From a bacterium (lineage in GTDB: Bacteria; Methylomirabilota; Methylomirabilia; CAVQYV01): DNA of 56,319 nt. Below are positions 9,495-20,734 of this stretch, piece after piece. Each line of letters begins with the position of its first letter. The first letter of the stretch is position 1. The notes under the pieces were generated by a model. It was not told where the DNA came from. It was given only the letters and a program-made list of their open reading frames with translations, and ran no database searches. Where the stretch lies: NCBI GenBank assembly GCA_043800755.1, contig JAZDMQ010000076.1:1-56319 (forward strand), given 5' to 3'. Both the position numbers and the translations under genes were made by a program.

Positions 9495-10598
9495 TCAAGA
9501 ACGGCTTGCCATTCTTGAAACCAAATCAGCAATCTGATCGTCGGCATCGATCCTCGCCAAGGATTTCGCCTTGCTGCCCATGAGCTCCCTGCCTTGAGGA
9601 TCCCGCAAGGCCTCTTCCACAAGCCGGGCCAGGATGTTACCGTTCAAATCCTGGTCAAGGATGAGCTGCGCGGCGCCCAGTCGAACCAAGGCCTCCGCAT
9701 TGTGCCTTTGGTGATCGTTCGCGGCATAAGGATAAGGGACAAGGAGGGAGGGTTTTCCCAATGCCACTAGCTCGGCAATCGTGGTGGCCCCTGCGCGGCA
9801 GAGGACCAGATCGGCCAGGGCATAGGCAGAGGCCATCTCCTGGATGAAAGGACATACCCTGCCCTGGAGATGGCTCCGAGCCAAGCCCTCTTCCACCTGC
9901 AAGAGATCCCTCTCACCACTTGCGTGTAGAAACTGGATCTGCTCTCGCAAGGGCACCAGATAGGGCAAGGCCTCCAACAGGGCAAGATTAATCCTGGATG
10001 CCCCTTGTGATCCCCCGAAGCTGAGCAGGGTGAACCGATGCGGGCTCAGGTCAAATCGGCGGGCAGCCTCCTCACGGTCGCCGGTCAGGATCTCCCGACG
10101 AATGGGATTTCCTGTAAGGGTCATCTTCTTTCTTCCGCTCGCAAAATGGGCCGCACTCTCGGGAAAGGAGTAAGCGATCTGTCTGACCAAAGGAGCCAAG
10201 GCTCGATTCGTCCATCCCGGAAAGCAATTCTGTTCATGGACCAGGGTAGGGATCCCCCTCATGGCTGAAAGCAGAAGCAGTGGACCAGAGACATACCCCC
10301 CGACCCCCACGGCTACATCGGGATGGACCTGAGAGAGAATGATCCAACTGCGCAAGAAGGCCTGGGGCAAGAGGGCAAGGGATCCCATCAGCTTGGCCGC
10401 TTTCTTCCCCTTGAGGCCCCGGATTTGTACCTGGTGCAGAGGAAACCCTGATGCCTTGAAGTAATCCGTCTCCAGCCCTCCTCCAGTGCCCACGAACTCA
10501 ACCTGTGCGTCCGGGGTCCTCCTTCGCAGGGCGCGAGCAATGGCCAGCCCCGGAAAGATGTGTCCTCCCGTCCCCCCCGCCGCAATGAGAATCCTCAC
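9495..10598 (-). CDS. murG: Lipid II GlcNAc transferase MurG
   Basis: GGTGGHIFP, HEQN, GNPIR, GGSQGA, RAGATT, HQRHNA. Confidence 0.98.
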   Translation of the reverse strand: MRILIAAGGTGGHIFPGLAIARALRRRTPDAQVEFVGTGGGLETDYFKASGFPLHQVQIRGLKGKKAAKLMGSLALLPQAFLRSWIILSQVHPDVAVGVGGYVSGPLLLLSAMRGIPTLVHEQNCFPGWTNRALAPLVRQIAYSFPESAAHFASGRKKMTLTGNPIRREILTGDREEAARRFDLSPHRFTLLSFGGSQGASRINLALLEALPYLVPLREQIQFLHASGERDLLQVEEGLARSHLQGRVCPFIQEMASAYALADLVLCRAGATTIAELVALGKPSLLVPYPYAANDHQRHNAEALVRLGAAQLILDQDLNGNILARLVEEALRDPQGRELMGSKAKSLARIDADDQIADLVSRMASRS

Positions 10599-11728
10599 CG
10601 CACCCTTGACCCCGCGTGATGGGAGATGTTCAAAAGGATCCCTATCCCCATGAGGGTGAGGACCAGGGAGGATCCGCCAAAGCTGACCAAGGGGAGAGGG
10701 AGGCCAGTGGTGGGAAGGAGCCCGACCACCATTCCCACATTGATCGCCGCCTGCGATACGATGAGAATCGTAATCCCTATGGCGGCAAAGCGTCCAAAGG
10801 GGTCAGGGGCCTGCAGCGCAATGCGCGTGCCCCTCCAGAGGATGATTCCAAAAAGCAGGACGACCAATGAGGTGCCCAGGAATCCGATCTCCTCACCGAC
10901 GATGGCAAAGATGAAATCGGTGTGAGGTTCGGGAAGGTAGAAGAGTTTCTGCATCCCATCTCCCAATCCCCGTCCCAGAAGTCCTCCCGGTCCCAAAGCA
11001 TAAAAGGATTGCTTGATCTGATATCTCGCACCCTCCGGCACACGGGAAGGGTCGATGAGAGTCAGGAGGCGCGAGCGAGCATGAGAGGAGTGCATCATCA
11101 CCAGGAACAGGAGGGGCATAGATCCCACACCCAGCAGCAAGAGGTGGGAGATGCGTACCCCGCCCACAAAATAGATCATCATCGCCACGATCAACAGCAC
11201 CACGACATTGCCCAGGTTCGGCTGGAGCAGAATGGGGAGAATGATCACCGCGGCCGCTGCCAACAGGGGCAATAGGCCATGGGTGAATTCCTGAACCCGG
11301 GACCCCTTCTTAGCCATGAGGTGAGATAGAAAGAGGACCAGGGAGATCTTGGCCAGCTCGGCGGGTTGAAAGGAGAGACCGAACACCGAAAGCCATCTCC
11401 GCGCACCATTTGCCTTGACGCCAAGTTGGGGAATGAGGACCAAGGTCAAGAAAAGCAGGGAGAGGAGGAAGAGGGGGAAGGCCAATCTCTGCCAGCCCCG
11501 ATAATCACAACTCATCATCCAGATCATGATCAGGATCCCCAGAAAGGCCCATACCAACTGCCGTTTCAGGAAGAAATAGGAATCCCCGAACTTCTCCTGG
11601 GCACGGATCGCCGAGGAACTGTAAATCATCAGGATGCCCAGGGCGATCAGCACCAGGGTGATGGTGAAGATCAACTTGTCGAAGGAGAGACCCTTAAACA
11701 TGGCCAGGACCTTGATCCCCTCGTCCAT
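10595..11728 (-). CDS. ftsW: SEDS peptidoglycan polymerase FtsW
   Basis: Multi-TM protein; GARRW, FQPAELAK, LPEPHTDFIF, SFGGSS. Start may be 11701. Confidence 0.96.
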   Translation of the reverse strand: MDEGIKVLAMFKGLSFDKLIFTITLVLIALGILMIYSSSAIRAQEKFGDSYFFLKRQLVWAFLGILIMIWMMSCDYRGWQRLAFPLFLLSLLFLTLVLIPQLGVKANGARRWLSVFGLSFQPAELAKISLVLFLSHLMAKKGSRVQEFTHGLLPLLAAAAVIILPILLQPNLGNVVVLLIVAMMIYFVGGVRISHLLLLGVGSMPLLFLVMMHSSHARSRLLTLIDPSRVPEGARYQIKQSFYALGPGGLLGRGLGDGMQKLFYLPEPHTDFIFAIVGEEIGFLGTSLVVLLFGIILWRGTRIALQAPDPFGRFAAIGITILIVSQAAINVGMVVGLLPTTGLPLPLVSFGGSSLVLTLMGIGILLNISHHAGSRVR

Positions 11729-13076
11729 TCAGGCGCCGCACCTCATCCTTAAAGACCCTTCCCCGCTCCTCAAAATTGGCAAACATATCGAAGCTGGCAC
11801 AGGCAGGAGAGAGGAGGACCACATCTCCCCTCTCCGCCAGTGAGGATGCCTGGCGTACCGCATCGCCCATATTGGCCGCCTCGAAGACCGGGGCCGATCC
11901 CTCGACCGCCGCCCGGATCTTTTCCTTTGACTCTCCCAACAGGATGAAGGCCTTGACGCGCCCTCGCGCCATCGAAGCCAAGGGGGCAAAATCGCCCTCC
12001 TTGTCCTTCCCCCCGGCAATAAGAATGATGGGAGAGTTGAAGCCCTCCAGGGATTTCAACACCGCCCCCACATTGGTCCCCTTGGAATCGTTCACGAATT
12101 GAATTCCATCCCTCTCCAGGACCCACTCCAGCCGATGCTCTAAGCCGGGAAATTCCCTGAGGGCCTTCTTGATGGCCTTCGGCTCCAGCCCAAGGAGCGA
12201 GGCGGCGATCGTGGCCGCCATGGCATTCTCCAGGTTATGCACGCCTTTGATCGCGATCTCCGCGGCGTGACAGATCTGCCGAACCTGGCCCCTCCAGCGA
12301 AAAAGAAGGCTTCCGCCGTTCAGATAGCAGCCCTCATCGACTGGTCCATTGCGGCTGAAAAAGAGGCGCTGGGCCTTGATCTCGGAGGAGAGGGAAATGG
12401 TGAGGGGATCCTCGGCATTCAGGACAGCGAAGTCCTCCTCCCGCTGATTTTCAAAGATCCGGGCCTTGGCCCGCGCATAGGCCATCAAGTCGGGGTATCG
12501 ATCCAGATGATCAGGGGTGATATTGAGCAGCAGGCCGATGTGGCACCGAAAGGTCTCAATCGTCTCCAGCTGGAAGCTCGAGAGTTCGGTCACGATAACA
12601 TGCTGGGGGGGGAGGCCACGAACCACCTCGCACAGGGGAGTCCCTATGTTGCCTGCGACCAGGACTGGCCTTCCTCCCTCTTTCAACATCTCCCCGATCA
12701 AGCTAACCGTGGTGCTCTTCCCATTGCTCCCGGTGACGCCCACGAAGGTAGCAGAGGTGAAGAGGGAGGCCAGCTCTACCTCCCCGATAATCCGCACCCC
12801 TGCGCGCTGGGTCTCCCTCAAAACCGGAAGCGCCAACGGCACGCCGGGGCTGATGACGATCATGTCTGCTCCCAACAGGCTCTCCTGGCGATGACCCCCA
12901 AACTCGAACTCCACCCCCAAATCCTCGAGGGGAGAGAGATCCCCTTCGATCTTCTCCCGGGGCTGGGCCTCACTCACCTTTACCCTGGCGCCGGCTTCCA
13001 CCAGAAGGCGCGCCGCGGCCCTGCCGCTTCGTGCCAATCCCATCACCATAATCTTCTTGCCTCGAAGGTTTTCCAA
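11694..13076 (-). CDS. murD: UDP-MurNAc-L-Ala--D-Glu ligase
   Basis: GLARSG, GSNGKSTT, ELSSFQLE, NDSKGTN, LSPACASFD. Confidence 0.98.
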   Translation of the reverse strand: MENLRGKKIMVMGLARSGRAAARLLVEAGARVKVSEAQPREKIEGDLSPLEDLGVEFEFGGHRQESLLGADMIVISPGVPLALPVLRETQRAGVRIIGEVELASLFTSATFVGVTGSNGKSTTVSLIGEMLKEGGRPVLVAGNIGTPLCEVVRGLPPQHVIVTELSSFQLETIETFRCHIGLLLNITPDHLDRYPDLMAYARAKARIFENQREEDFAVLNAEDPLTISLSSEIKAQRLFFSRNGPVDEGCYLNGGSLLFRWRGQVRQICHAAEIAIKGVHNLENAMAATIAASLLGLEPKAIKKALREFPGLEHRLEWVLERDGIQFVNDSKGTNVGAVLKSLEGFNSPIILIAGGKDKEGDFAPLASMARGRVKAFILLGESKEKIRAAVEGSAPVFEAANMGDAVRQASSLAERGDVVLLSPACASFDMFANFEERGRVFKDEVRRLNGRGDQGPGHV

Positions 13077-13079
13077 GGG

Positions 13080-14162
13080 CTATCTCAGCTTCAGGGTGGT
13101 AAGGGAGATCAAAGCGAAGATGAAGGAGATAATCCAAAAACGCACTATGATCTTGGGCTCCCTCAACCCATTCAACTCGAAGTGATGATGGATCGGGGCC
13201 ATCCGAAAAACCCTTCTTCCCGTCGTTCGGAATGAGAAGACCTGAAGGATGACGGAGATGGCCTCGATCACGAAGACCCCACCCACAATCATCAGAAGCA
13301 GCTCGGATTTGATGATCACCGCCACAGTCCCCAGGGCCGCCCCCAGGGCCAGGGAGCCCACATCTCCCATGAAAATCTGGGCGGGATAGGCATTGAACCA
13401 CAGAAAACCAATGCTAGCGCCTACCATGGCCCCACAAAAGACCGTCACTTCGCTGGCTCCCCGAACGAAGATAACCTGCAGGTACTTGGCCACCGAGGCG
13501 TGCCCCGCCAGGTAAGACATAAGGGTGTAGGTGGCAGAGGCCATAAGAAACAGCCCGATCGCCAGGCCATCCAAGCCATCTGCGAGATTCACGGCATTGG
13601 AAGTAGAAACGATCACCCCCATGACCAAGATAATATAGAACCACCCCAGGTCGGGGAGCCACATCTTGAAGAAGGGGATAGCCAGCCTGCTGAAACTCAT
13701 GCCGGTCGGCCAGAGGTACAGATAAAGCCCCACGGAGAGGCCAAGCAGGATTTGCCAGAAGATCTTGTAGCGGGCGGGCAACCCCTGACTGTTCTTGCGG
13801 GTGAGCTTCAAGAAATCATCGAAGAATCCCAGCCCCCCGATCCCCAGAAGGGAGAAGAGGCACAACCACACAAAGCGATTCCCCAGATCCGCCCAGAGAA
13901 GGGTGGAAACCACAATAGACAACAGGATCAGAATGCCTCCCATGGTGGGAGTCTCTGCCTTGGAGAGGTGGCTTTGGGGGCCATCCGGACGGATCTGCTG
14001 CTGAATCTGATATTGTCTCAGCTTCTTAATGAGGAAGGGGCCTGCCAGCAGACTGATGAGGAAAGCGGTGAAGATGGCGCCTCCCGTGCGGAAGGTCACA
14101 TAGCGGAACACATTGAAGACGATCAGATACTTATGCAGAGGGAAGAGCAGGTGATAAAGCAT
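13080..14162 (-). CDS. mraY: Phospho-MurNAc-pentapeptide transferase
   Basis: [38 protein letters not shown]. Confidence 0.99.
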   Translation of the reverse strand: MLYHLLFPLHKYLIVFNVFRYVTFRTGGAIFTAFLISLLAGPFLIKKLRQYQIQQQIRPDGPQSHLSKAETPTMGGILILLSIVVSTLLWADLGNRFVWLCLFSLLGIGGLGFFDDFLKLTRKNSQGLPARYKIFWQILLGLSVGLYLYLWPTGMSFSRLAIPFFKMWLPDLGWFYIILVMGVIVSTSNAVNLADGLDGLAIGLFLMASATYTLMSYLAGHASVAKYLQVIFVRGASEVTVFCGAMVGASIGFLWFNAYPAQIFMGDVGSLALGAALGTVAVIIKSELLLMIVGGVFVIEAISVILQVFSFRTTGRRVFRMAPIHHHFELNGLREPKIIVRFWIISFIFALISLTTLKLR

Positions 14163-14164
14163 GA

Positions 14165-15544
14165 CTAATTAAGGCCCTCCAACACCTTCTCCATCTTCAT
14201 GGCCCGCGAACCCTTGAGCAAAACCCAATCCTTAGGCCTGAGGTTTTGCCTCAAGGCAAGGGAGGCCTCATTCTGATCCTGGCAGATGAAGATGGGAGCA
14301 GAAAACCCATTCCTCTGCGCCTCCTCGGCGAGGGCACCGGTGTGCGGCCCCACCGCAATCAGGGCTCCCACATTATTGTAAGACGCCAGAATCGCCCCGA
14401 TCTCCCGGTGCAGGCGCTCCCCCTGAGATCCAAGCTCGAGCATATCTCCCAGCACCAGGATGCCCCGGGCCTCCCCCTTCATCTCGAAAAAGGTCCCCAG
14501 GGAGGCCCTCATGGAAACGGGATTGGCATTATAGGCATCGTTGATCAGCACGGCCTCCCCGGGCAAGAGGACCTTCTCCATTCTCATGGGTGGCTGCCGG
14601 ATCGCACTCAGGGCCTCCCCAACCTCCTGGAGGGAAAGGCCAGCCATGACCCCGATGGCCGCTGCTGCCAGGACATTATAGAGATTATGCCGACCCCACA
14701 CCGAGAGGTGGACCGGGGCCTCTTGGGGGCCATAGCGAAGCTGAAAGTCCGTTCCCTCCTTGCCGACCACAATCCCGCTTGCCCACAGATCCCATTCGGC
14801 AGAGAGTCCGTAGGTAAAGCACCTTCCGCGGACCCCTCTCATCAGGGTCTTCAGATATGGATCTTCCCCATTCAGGATACAGGTTTTCTCGGCCCCCAGG
14901 AATTCTAACATCTCTGCCTTAGCGGCCAAAACCCCCTCCAGGGACCCCAGGAATTCAAGGTGGGCGGCCCCGATATTGGTGATCAGCCCGATGTCGGGTT
15001 GACAGATCTGGCTGAGGCGACGGATCTCCCCCCTGGCACTCGTCCCCAATTCCGCCACCACCATTTGATGGTCCTGGCGAATTTGCAGGAGGGTTAGGGG
15101 CAAACCGATCAGATTATTGAAGCTGCCGGGGGAGGAGAGGACCCGATAACGCCGGCCAAGGAGGAGGGTGGCCCACTCCTTGGTGGTCGTCTTTCCAGCG
15201 CTTCCGGTGACGGCCACCAGGGGAACAGGATGAAGCCTGCGCCAGAGGGAGGCGATCTCTCCCAGGGCAGAGAGCGTGTCCTCCACCTCCAGGAGCCCAG
15301 CGGCCTGATCGACCGCGAGTCCTTCGATCGAGGCGACAACGGCCCCTATGGCCCCTCTGCGAAGGGCCTCCAGGACAAAATGGTGGCCATCAAAGTTCGG
15401 GCCGGGGAGGGCAATGAAGAGGTCTCCCGGCCTCAGCGTGCGCGTGTCAGTAGAGAAGCTCTGGACATGCATCTCCGGATCTCCCCGGCGAAGTCTGCCT
15501 CCAGTGGCCTCCAGTATCTCTCCCCAAGTGAGATAGTCTCTCAT
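14165..15544 (-). CDS. murF: UDP-MurNAc-tripeptide--D-Ala-D-Ala ligase
   Basis: [45 protein letters not shown]. Confidence 0.97.
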   Translation of the reverse strand: MRDYLTWGEILEATGGRLRRGDPEMHVQSFSTDTRTLRPGDLFIALPGPNFDGHHFVLEALRRGAIGAVVASIEGLAVDQAAGLLEVEDTLSALGEIASLWRRLHPVPLVAVTGSAGKTTTKEWATLLLGRRYRVLSSPGSFNNLIGLPLTLLQIRQDHQMVVAELGTSARGEIRRLSQICQPDIGLITNIGAAHLEFLGSLEGVLAAKAEMLEFLGAEKTCILNGEDPYLKTLMRGVRGRCFTYGLSAEWDLWASGIVVGKEGTDFQLRYGPQEAPVHLSVWGRHNLYNVLAAAAIGVMAGLSLQEVGEALSAIRQPPMRMEKVLLPGEAVLINDAYNANPVSMRASLGTFFEMKGEARGILVLGDMLELGSQGERLHREIGAILASYNNVGALIAVGPHTGALAEEAQRNGFSAPIFICQDQNEASLALRQNLRPKDWVLLKGSRAMKMEKVLEGLN

Positions 15545-17046
15545 CCTTCTGCCCTCAGCTTCTTTCGAATACAGGCACCTGCCACTTCCCGATCGTCAAA
15601 GGGAACCCTTCCCTCTTTCAGGATCTGATAGGCTTCGTGCCCTTTCCCGGAAATGACCACGAGATCCTCGTCTTGAGCCATCTGGACGGCCTTCGCGACG
15701 GCCTCCTGCCGGTCGATTATCTTATCATAGTTGTCCTTGCCTGGATATGCCTTTTTCACCCCCTCCTCGATCTCCGAGATGATCGTCGCCGGGTCTTCAC
15801 TTCGGGGGTTATCTGAGGTGATGATGAAATACTCGCTGTAGCGGGCCGCTACCTCGCCCATGATCGGCCTCTTCGCTCGATCGCGATCCCCACCGCATCC
15901 GAAAACCGTAATCAGCCTCCCTTCGCAGAGGTCCTTCGCTGCCTTTAGCGTCCTCTCCAGCGCGTCCCCGGTATGTGCGTAGTCCACCACCACCGTGAAC
16001 CTCTGGCCCTCCTCGATCCTTTCCCATCTTCCCGGCACGCGCCGAACCATCGCGATCCCTTCCGCGATCTCCGAGGGAGACAGCCCGCCCCAAACGCCAG
16101 CACCAGCCGCTGCCAGGATATTGTAAACATTGTGCTCCCCGATCAGGGAAGATCGAATGATGATGGGTCCGCGGGGACTCTCGATGTTCATGCGAATGCC
16201 TTTACTCGACAGGTCGAGGCCGGAGCCCCTGATCTGTCCTTTCTCTCCCAGGCCATAACCCCAGGCCTCAGTGGGAGTGACTTGCAGGAACTGCTCGGCA
16301 AAGGCATCGTCCAGGTTGATGAGCGCCATCTTGCGGGTCCCCTTTTCGCTCCCCTTCCCCAACTGCGAAAAGAGGCGAAGCTTGGCTCGCAAGTAGTGGT
16401 CCAGGTCCTGGTGGAAATCGAGATGATCAAGGGTCAGATTGGTGAAGATTGCCAGGTCGAACTCACAGCCGGACACCCTCTTGAGTTCCAGTGAGTGGGA
16501 GGACACCTCCATCACCGCGATATCAATCCCTGCCGCCACCATCTCCCCCAACACCCTCTGCAAATCCAACGATTCGGGGGTCGTCCTCTCCGCCACCTGC
16601 TCTCGCCCCCCAAAGCGGTAGTTGATGGTGCCGATCACCCCGACTCGCCGACCTGCCCGGGAAAACAGGGACTCAATGAGAAAGGTAGTAGTCGTCTTTC
16701 CATTGGTCCCGGTCACCCCGATGAGGCGAAGTCTCCGCGAGGGATGATGGTAGAAATTGGCCGCCATTTGGGCTAAAGCCAGGCGAGAGTCCGATACCTT
16801 GAGCAGGGTTACCCCGGGGGGAAGGGGGGAGAGCTTGGGGTCAGATTCCACTACCAGAGCCGATGCACCGCCTGTCAGGGCTGAGTGGACAAAATCGTGA
16901 CCATCGCGGCAAAATCCCCGGATGGCCACGAAGAGAGATCCAGGTCTCACCTGGCGCGAATCATAGTGAAGAGAGGCGATCTCTCGTTCCACATCCCCGG
17001 CCAGGCGGACATACTCAACGCCCTCAATCAGCTCTCGCAGCCTCAT
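15541..17046 (-). CDS. murE: UDP-MurNAc-dipeptide--meso-DAP ligase
   Basis: GTNGKTTT, TTPES, MEVSSH, DYAHT, GCGGDRD, and the DNPR motif typical of meso-DAP specificity. Confidence 0.98.
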   Translation of the reverse strand: MRLRELIEGVEYVRLAGDVEREIASLHYDSRQVRPGSLFVAIRGFCRDGHDFVHSALTGGASALVVESDPKLSPLPPGVTLLKVSDSRLALAQMAANFYHHPSRRLRLIGVTGTNGKTTTTFLIESLFSRAGRRVGVIGTINYRFGGREQVAERTTPESLDLQRVLGEMVAAGIDIAVMEVSSHSLELKRVSGCEFDLAIFTNLTLDHLDFHQDLDHYLRAKLRLFSQLGKGSEKGTRKMALINLDDAFAEQFLQVTPTEAWGYGLGEKGQIRGSGLDLSSKGIRMNIESPRGPIIIRSSLIGEHNVYNILAAAGAGVWGGLSPSEIAEGIAMVRRVPGRWERIEEGQRFTVVVDYAHTGDALERTLKAAKDLCEGRLITVFGCGGDRDRAKRPIMGEVAARYSEYFIITSDNPRSEDPATIISEIEEGVKKAYPGKDNYDKIIDRQEAVAKAVQMAQDEDLVVISGKGHEAYQILKEGRVPFDDREVAGACIRKKLRAEG

Positions 17047-18796
17047 TTACCTTATCCCCGGCTATCAAGGAAGCACTCCCCGCTGAGGACCGCATCTCCA
17101 AGTACTGAAGGGATTCCTTGGCAACCTCCGCAAAAACTGGAGCGGCAAGGGTCCCTCCCCAGGACCCGACCTTGGGCTCATCAATCGTCACCAGGATAGC
17201 AAGTCTGGGGGATTGCGCGGGGACGAAGCCTACGAAGGAAGCCACCACCTTATGATGAGAATACTCGCCGGTCTTCCCTTCCAGCTTTTGAGCCGTACCC
17301 GTCTTTCCCGCCACAGCAAATCCGGGAATGGCCGCATTCTTCCCCGAGCCATTCTCCACCACCTTGGTCAGAATGTCCGTCAGGGTGGAAGCGGTGGCCG
17401 GGGAGATGACCCGCCGCAGGACTTGAGGTGCATTCTCCCGCAGGATCTCGCCATGGGGACCCCGAATGCTCGCCACGACATAAGGATGCATTAGGTTCCC
17501 CCCGTTGGCGATGGCACAGAACGCCGTCAACAGTTGCAGGGGGGTCACGGAGATCTCCTGGCCGATTGAGATAGCCCCCAGCGAGATGGATGACCAATCC
17601 CGAGGATTCCTCAGGATGCCCTGCGCCTCCCCGGGAAGCTCGATTCCTGTTCGAGCACCGAAGCCGAAGCTGCGGATGTAGTCATAAAAGCGCTCCTTTC
17701 CCAACCTGGAGCCGGCCTTGATCGCCCCCACATTACTGGAATTCTCCAGGACCTGGGAAAAGGTAAGCCATCCATATTTCTTGTAGTCGCGGATATACAC
17801 CCCACACAGATTGATCCCGCCCATTTCGCAGTAAATCCTCTGCTCCGGTCCCATGATCCCCTCCTCCAGAACCCCGGCGGCCATGACGACCTTAAAGGTG
17901 GATCCGGGCTCATAGCAGTCGGTGATGGCCCGATTGCGCCGAAAGGTCGGGGGGTAGTTTTGGAAACGGTTGGGGTTGAAAGTGGGGCGATCGGCCATGG
18001 CCAAGACCTGGCCCGTCTGGGGGTCCATGACGACGATGCATCCGGCCTTCGCCTTGCTGCTGTTCACGCCCTTCTCCAGGGCCCGTTCGGCGAAGTACTG
18101 GATGACCTCATCGATGGTGAGGGTGAGATTGCAGCTCTCCAGGCTCACATCGGCCTCGGCCTCCCGAAAGGCGATCCTGCCCAAGGCATCGTAATATCCG
18201 AGCGGGGATTTCCGCGATTCCCCCAGATAGGTATCGTAGCCATATTCCAGGCCTTCCAGACCCCTATCATCGAGGCCCACAAACCCCAGAAGGTGGGAGG
18301 CCAATTCCTGCTTCGGGTAGTAACGCTTGTTTTCTTCCAAGGAAAAGACGCCCGGAAGCTTCAATTCGGCAAGGCCCTTGGCGCGGTCCGGATCGATTTT
18401 CCGCTTGATCCAGACAAAGGGCTTTCGGCTCTGTAACTTCTTGGAGACCTCGCTGCTCGACATATCCAAGAGGGAGGAAAGCTTGGCGGAGGTCCGGGAG
18501 ACATCCTCCACCAAAGAGGGGTGAGCAAATAAGGAGTAAGACCGCAGCGACACGGCGAGTTCCTTTCCATTGCGATCCAGGATGCTCCCTCGCCTGGAGG
18601 ATAAGGGGATCTGTCGCTGCTGTTGTCGGATGGCATCGGCAGTGAGGTGCTTGTGCTGCCTGATCTGGAGGTCAAAAAGCCGAAGGAGGATGACCATGAG
18701 GATGGTGGCCAGCGACAGGAAGAGGAAGAACATCCTCATTCTCATCGCCTTTGAATCCAATGCTGTGCAGCCAGAATCCTCTCGCATGTCACCCAT
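17024..18796 (-). CDS. ftsI: Class B PBP FtsI/PBP3
   Basis: RGSILDRNG, EPGSTFK (SxxK), SSN, GKTGTAQ; start uncertain. Confidence 0.96.
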   Translation of the reverse strand: MGDMREDSGCTALDSKAMRMRMFFLFLSLATILMVILLRLFDLQIRQHKHLTADAIRQQQRQIPLSSRRGSILDRNGKELAVSLRSYSLFAHPSLVEDVSRTSAKLSSLLDMSSSEVSKKLQSRKPFVWIKRKIDPDRAKGLAELKLPGVFSLEENKRYYPKQELASHLLGFVGLDDRGLEGLEYGYDTYLGESRKSPLGYYDALGRIAFREAEADVSLESCNLTLTIDEVIQYFAERALEKGVNSSKAKAGCIVVMDPQTGQVLAMADRPTFNPNRFQNYPPTFRRNRAITDCYEPGSTFKVVMAAGVLEEGIMGPEQRIYCEMGGINLCGVYIRDYKKYGWLTFSQVLENSSNVGAIKAGSRLGKERFYDYIRSFGFGARTGIELPGEAQGILRNPRDWSSISLGAISIGQEISVTPLQLLTAFCAIANGGNLMHPYVVASIRGPHGEILRENAPQVLRRVISPATASTLTDILTKVVENGSGKNAAIPGFAVAGKTGTAQKLEGKTGEYSHHKVVASFVGFVPAQSPRLAILVTIDEPKVGSWGGTLAAPVFAEVAKESLQYLEMRSSAGSASLIAGDKVNEAARAD

Positions 18797-18799
18797 CCC

Positions 18800-19207
18800 T
18801 TAAGGAGCCTTCTGGTTCGATTGATTCTCCCCGGAAAAGAGGATGATCTGTGAAGGAGCGGGATCCACCATCCTGAGCCTTTTGCGAGCAATTTCGTCAA
18901 TCCGCGCTAATGACTTCAGTTGCGCGATCTTAACGGTCAGCTCCTTCTCTTCTTGCGTCAAAGCGGAAAGCTCGGCATTGAGGCGTTCCACTTCGTACCC
19001 GATGCGAATCACCTGAATGTGCTGCCAGACATAAGAAAGGGCCCCCACCAAGATGATGAGGGTGGTCAGCAAAATGGCCCATAGCTCCTTTGCCCGCCTC
19101 GCCTTTTCCCGCCCGGCAGGGGCAGAGACTGACTGAACCCGGGGCAAGAGCCCCGCCCTGGAAGGGTCCCGTGGCAGCGATTCAAACCTGACCCGCTTGG
19201 CCCTCAT
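18800..19207 (-). CDS. ftsL: Cell division protein FtsL
   Basis: Cytoplasmic N-terminus, single TM, leucine heptad coiled coil, RIDEIARKRLRM; lies between rsmH and ftsI. Confidence 0.88.
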   Translation of the reverse strand: MRAKRVRFESLPRDPSRAGLLPRVQSVSAPAGREKARRAKELWAILLTTLIILVGALSYVWQHIQVIRIGYEVERLNAELSALTQEEKELTVKIAQLKSLARIDEIARKRLRMVDPAPSQIILFSGENQSNQKAP

Positions 19208-20151
19208 ATCCTCTCCGCGACCCTCAACTTCGCGCTACGGGAGTGGGGATTGGCCGCAATCTCTCTCTCGGTGGGGGTGATGGGCTTCTTCGAAAGGACC
19301 AGAACCTTGGGCTGACTGGGACAGGGGGAAACCGGAGCAAAGGGAGGCTCGGGCTGTCTGCTTAGGCTGACTAGGGTCTGTTTGACGATGCGATCCTCCA
19401 GGGAATGATAGCTGATGATTGCACATCTCCCTCCGGGCCTCAGAAGATCTATGCCCATTCGAATGGCGCTCTCCAGGCCTTCCAATTCCTGATTGACCGC
19501 GATGCGCAAGGCCTGGAAGGTCCGGGTCGCCGGATGGATGCGGAAGCGACGAGATTTGGGGGGAATCGCTCCCTGGACGACCTCTGCCAGCTGCCGAGTG
19601 CTCCTTATTCTCTCCCGCTTACGGGACTGGACGATCCTCCTGGCGATGCGACGGCCAAAGCGCTCCTCACCAAATTTCCACAGCAAATCGGCCAGCTCTC
19701 TCTCCGAGAGGTGATTCACCAAATCATCCGCCATCAGGTTCAAGCGTTGATCCATCCGCATGTCCAACGGTCCATCGCGAGAAAAGGCAAATCCCCTCTC
19801 GCTTAACTCCAACTGCAGGGCCGAAAGGCCCAGGTCAAAGAGGAGACCGTCTAACCCAGAGATCTCCCGCTCTTCTTCGATCTCTCTTAGGTGTTTAAAG
19901 CTTTCGTGGATCAGAACCGCTCTGCTTCCAAAGGCTTGAAGGCGAGACCGGGCCCGTTCCAGTGCGTCCAGATCCCAATCGAGACCATAGAGAATCCCAT
20001 CGGGGTTACTTTGTCTCAGGATTTCTTCCGCGTGTCCACCCAATCCTACGGTCGCGTCCAGATAGCGACCACCAGGCCCTGGCTTGAGCCAATATAGGAC
20101 CTCTTGCGAAAGAACCGGGATATGAACGATCTCAGGTCGGCCGCACCCCAT
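19204..20151 (-). CDS. rsmH: 16S rRNA m4C1402 methyltransferase
   Basis: HIPVL, DATVGLGGH, DLGLS, PLDMRM, FQALRIAVN, SYHSLEDR, RSAKLR. Confidence 0.98.
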   Translation of the reverse strand: MGCGRPEIVHIPVLSQEVLYWLKPGPGGRYLDATVGLGGHAEEILRQSNPDGILYGLDWDLDALERARSRLQAFGSRAVLIHESFKHLREIEEEREISGLDGLLFDLGLSALQLELSERGFAFSRDGPLDMRMDQRLNLMADDLVNHLSERELADLLWKFGEERFGRRIARRIVQSRKRERIRSTRQLAEVVQGAIPPKSRRFRIHPATRTFQALRIAVNQELEGLESAIRMGIDLLRPGGRCAIISYHSLEDRIVKQTLVSLSRQPEPPFAPVSPCPSQPKVLVLSKKPITPTEREIAANPHSRSAKLRVAERI

Positions 20152-20213
20152 AACAGAAGGCCTCTGGCCTCAGCTACGATCGAGGCCGGGGAGAAACCCT
20201 CGCGCGCCTTTCT

Positions 20214-20654
20214 TCAAATCCCCAATTCCACAAGCTTTGAGGCAACTTCCTCAAAGGTACCAGCAGAACGGGCCATGAAGTCTTCCCAGGATTCCTTGTC
20301 CCAAATCTCTATCTTGTTCAAGAGCCCCAGCAAGACGACCTCTCGATCTAATTGGGCTCGCTCGCGCATCTGGGGGGGAATCAGAATCCGACCCTGCGGG
20401 TCCAAAGGTACTTCGGTGGCACTGGAATAGAAAAGGCGGAGGAAGTTGCGCACATCCTTCTGAATCATGGAGAGCTGCTTCATCTTCTCCTCCAGCACTC
20501 TCCATTCGTCCTTCGGATATGCGGTCAGGCAGGAATCAAAATCGGTGAGGACGAGCTCGTTCTCCCCTTTGGCAGAGAGAAGCTCTCGGAATTTGGAAGG
20601 AATGCTCAGACGACCCTTTTCGTCGATTGTATGTTCAAATCTTCCCCGGAACAC
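20214..20654 (-). CDS. mraZ: dcw transcriptional regulator MraZ
   Basis: FRGRFEHTIDEKGRLSIP and DPQGRILIP (two SpoVT-AbrB repeats); GTG start. Confidence 0.98.
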   Translation of the reverse strand: MFRGRFEHTIDEKGRLSIPSKFRELLSAKGENELVLTDFDSCLTAYPKDEWRVLEEKMKQLSMIQKDVRNFLRLFYSSATEVPLDPQGRILIPPQMRERAQLDREVVLLGLLNKIEIWDKESWEDFMARSAGTFEEVASKLVELGI

Positions 20655-20667
20655 TTAACGCCCCTCT

Positions 20668-20693
20668 CCCCATTTTTCCCCACTTTATCCCAC
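20668..20693 (-). promoter_or_regulatory. Three MraZ-type operator boxes
   Basis: Minus strand aaGTGGGataaaGTGGGgaaaaaTGGGG: TGGG at an exact 10-bp period, between promoter and mraZ start, matching known MraZ boxes. Confidence 0.85.
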
Positions 20694-20704
20694 TTATGGG
20701 GCGA

Positions 20705-20734
20705 AATATATATAGGGTGCAAGGGGCTTGTCAA
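20705..20734 (-). promoter_or_regulatory. Sigma70-type dcw promoter
   Basis: TTGACA (20734-20729), N18, TATATT (alternatively N16, TATATA), in AT-rich sequence. Confidence 0.8.
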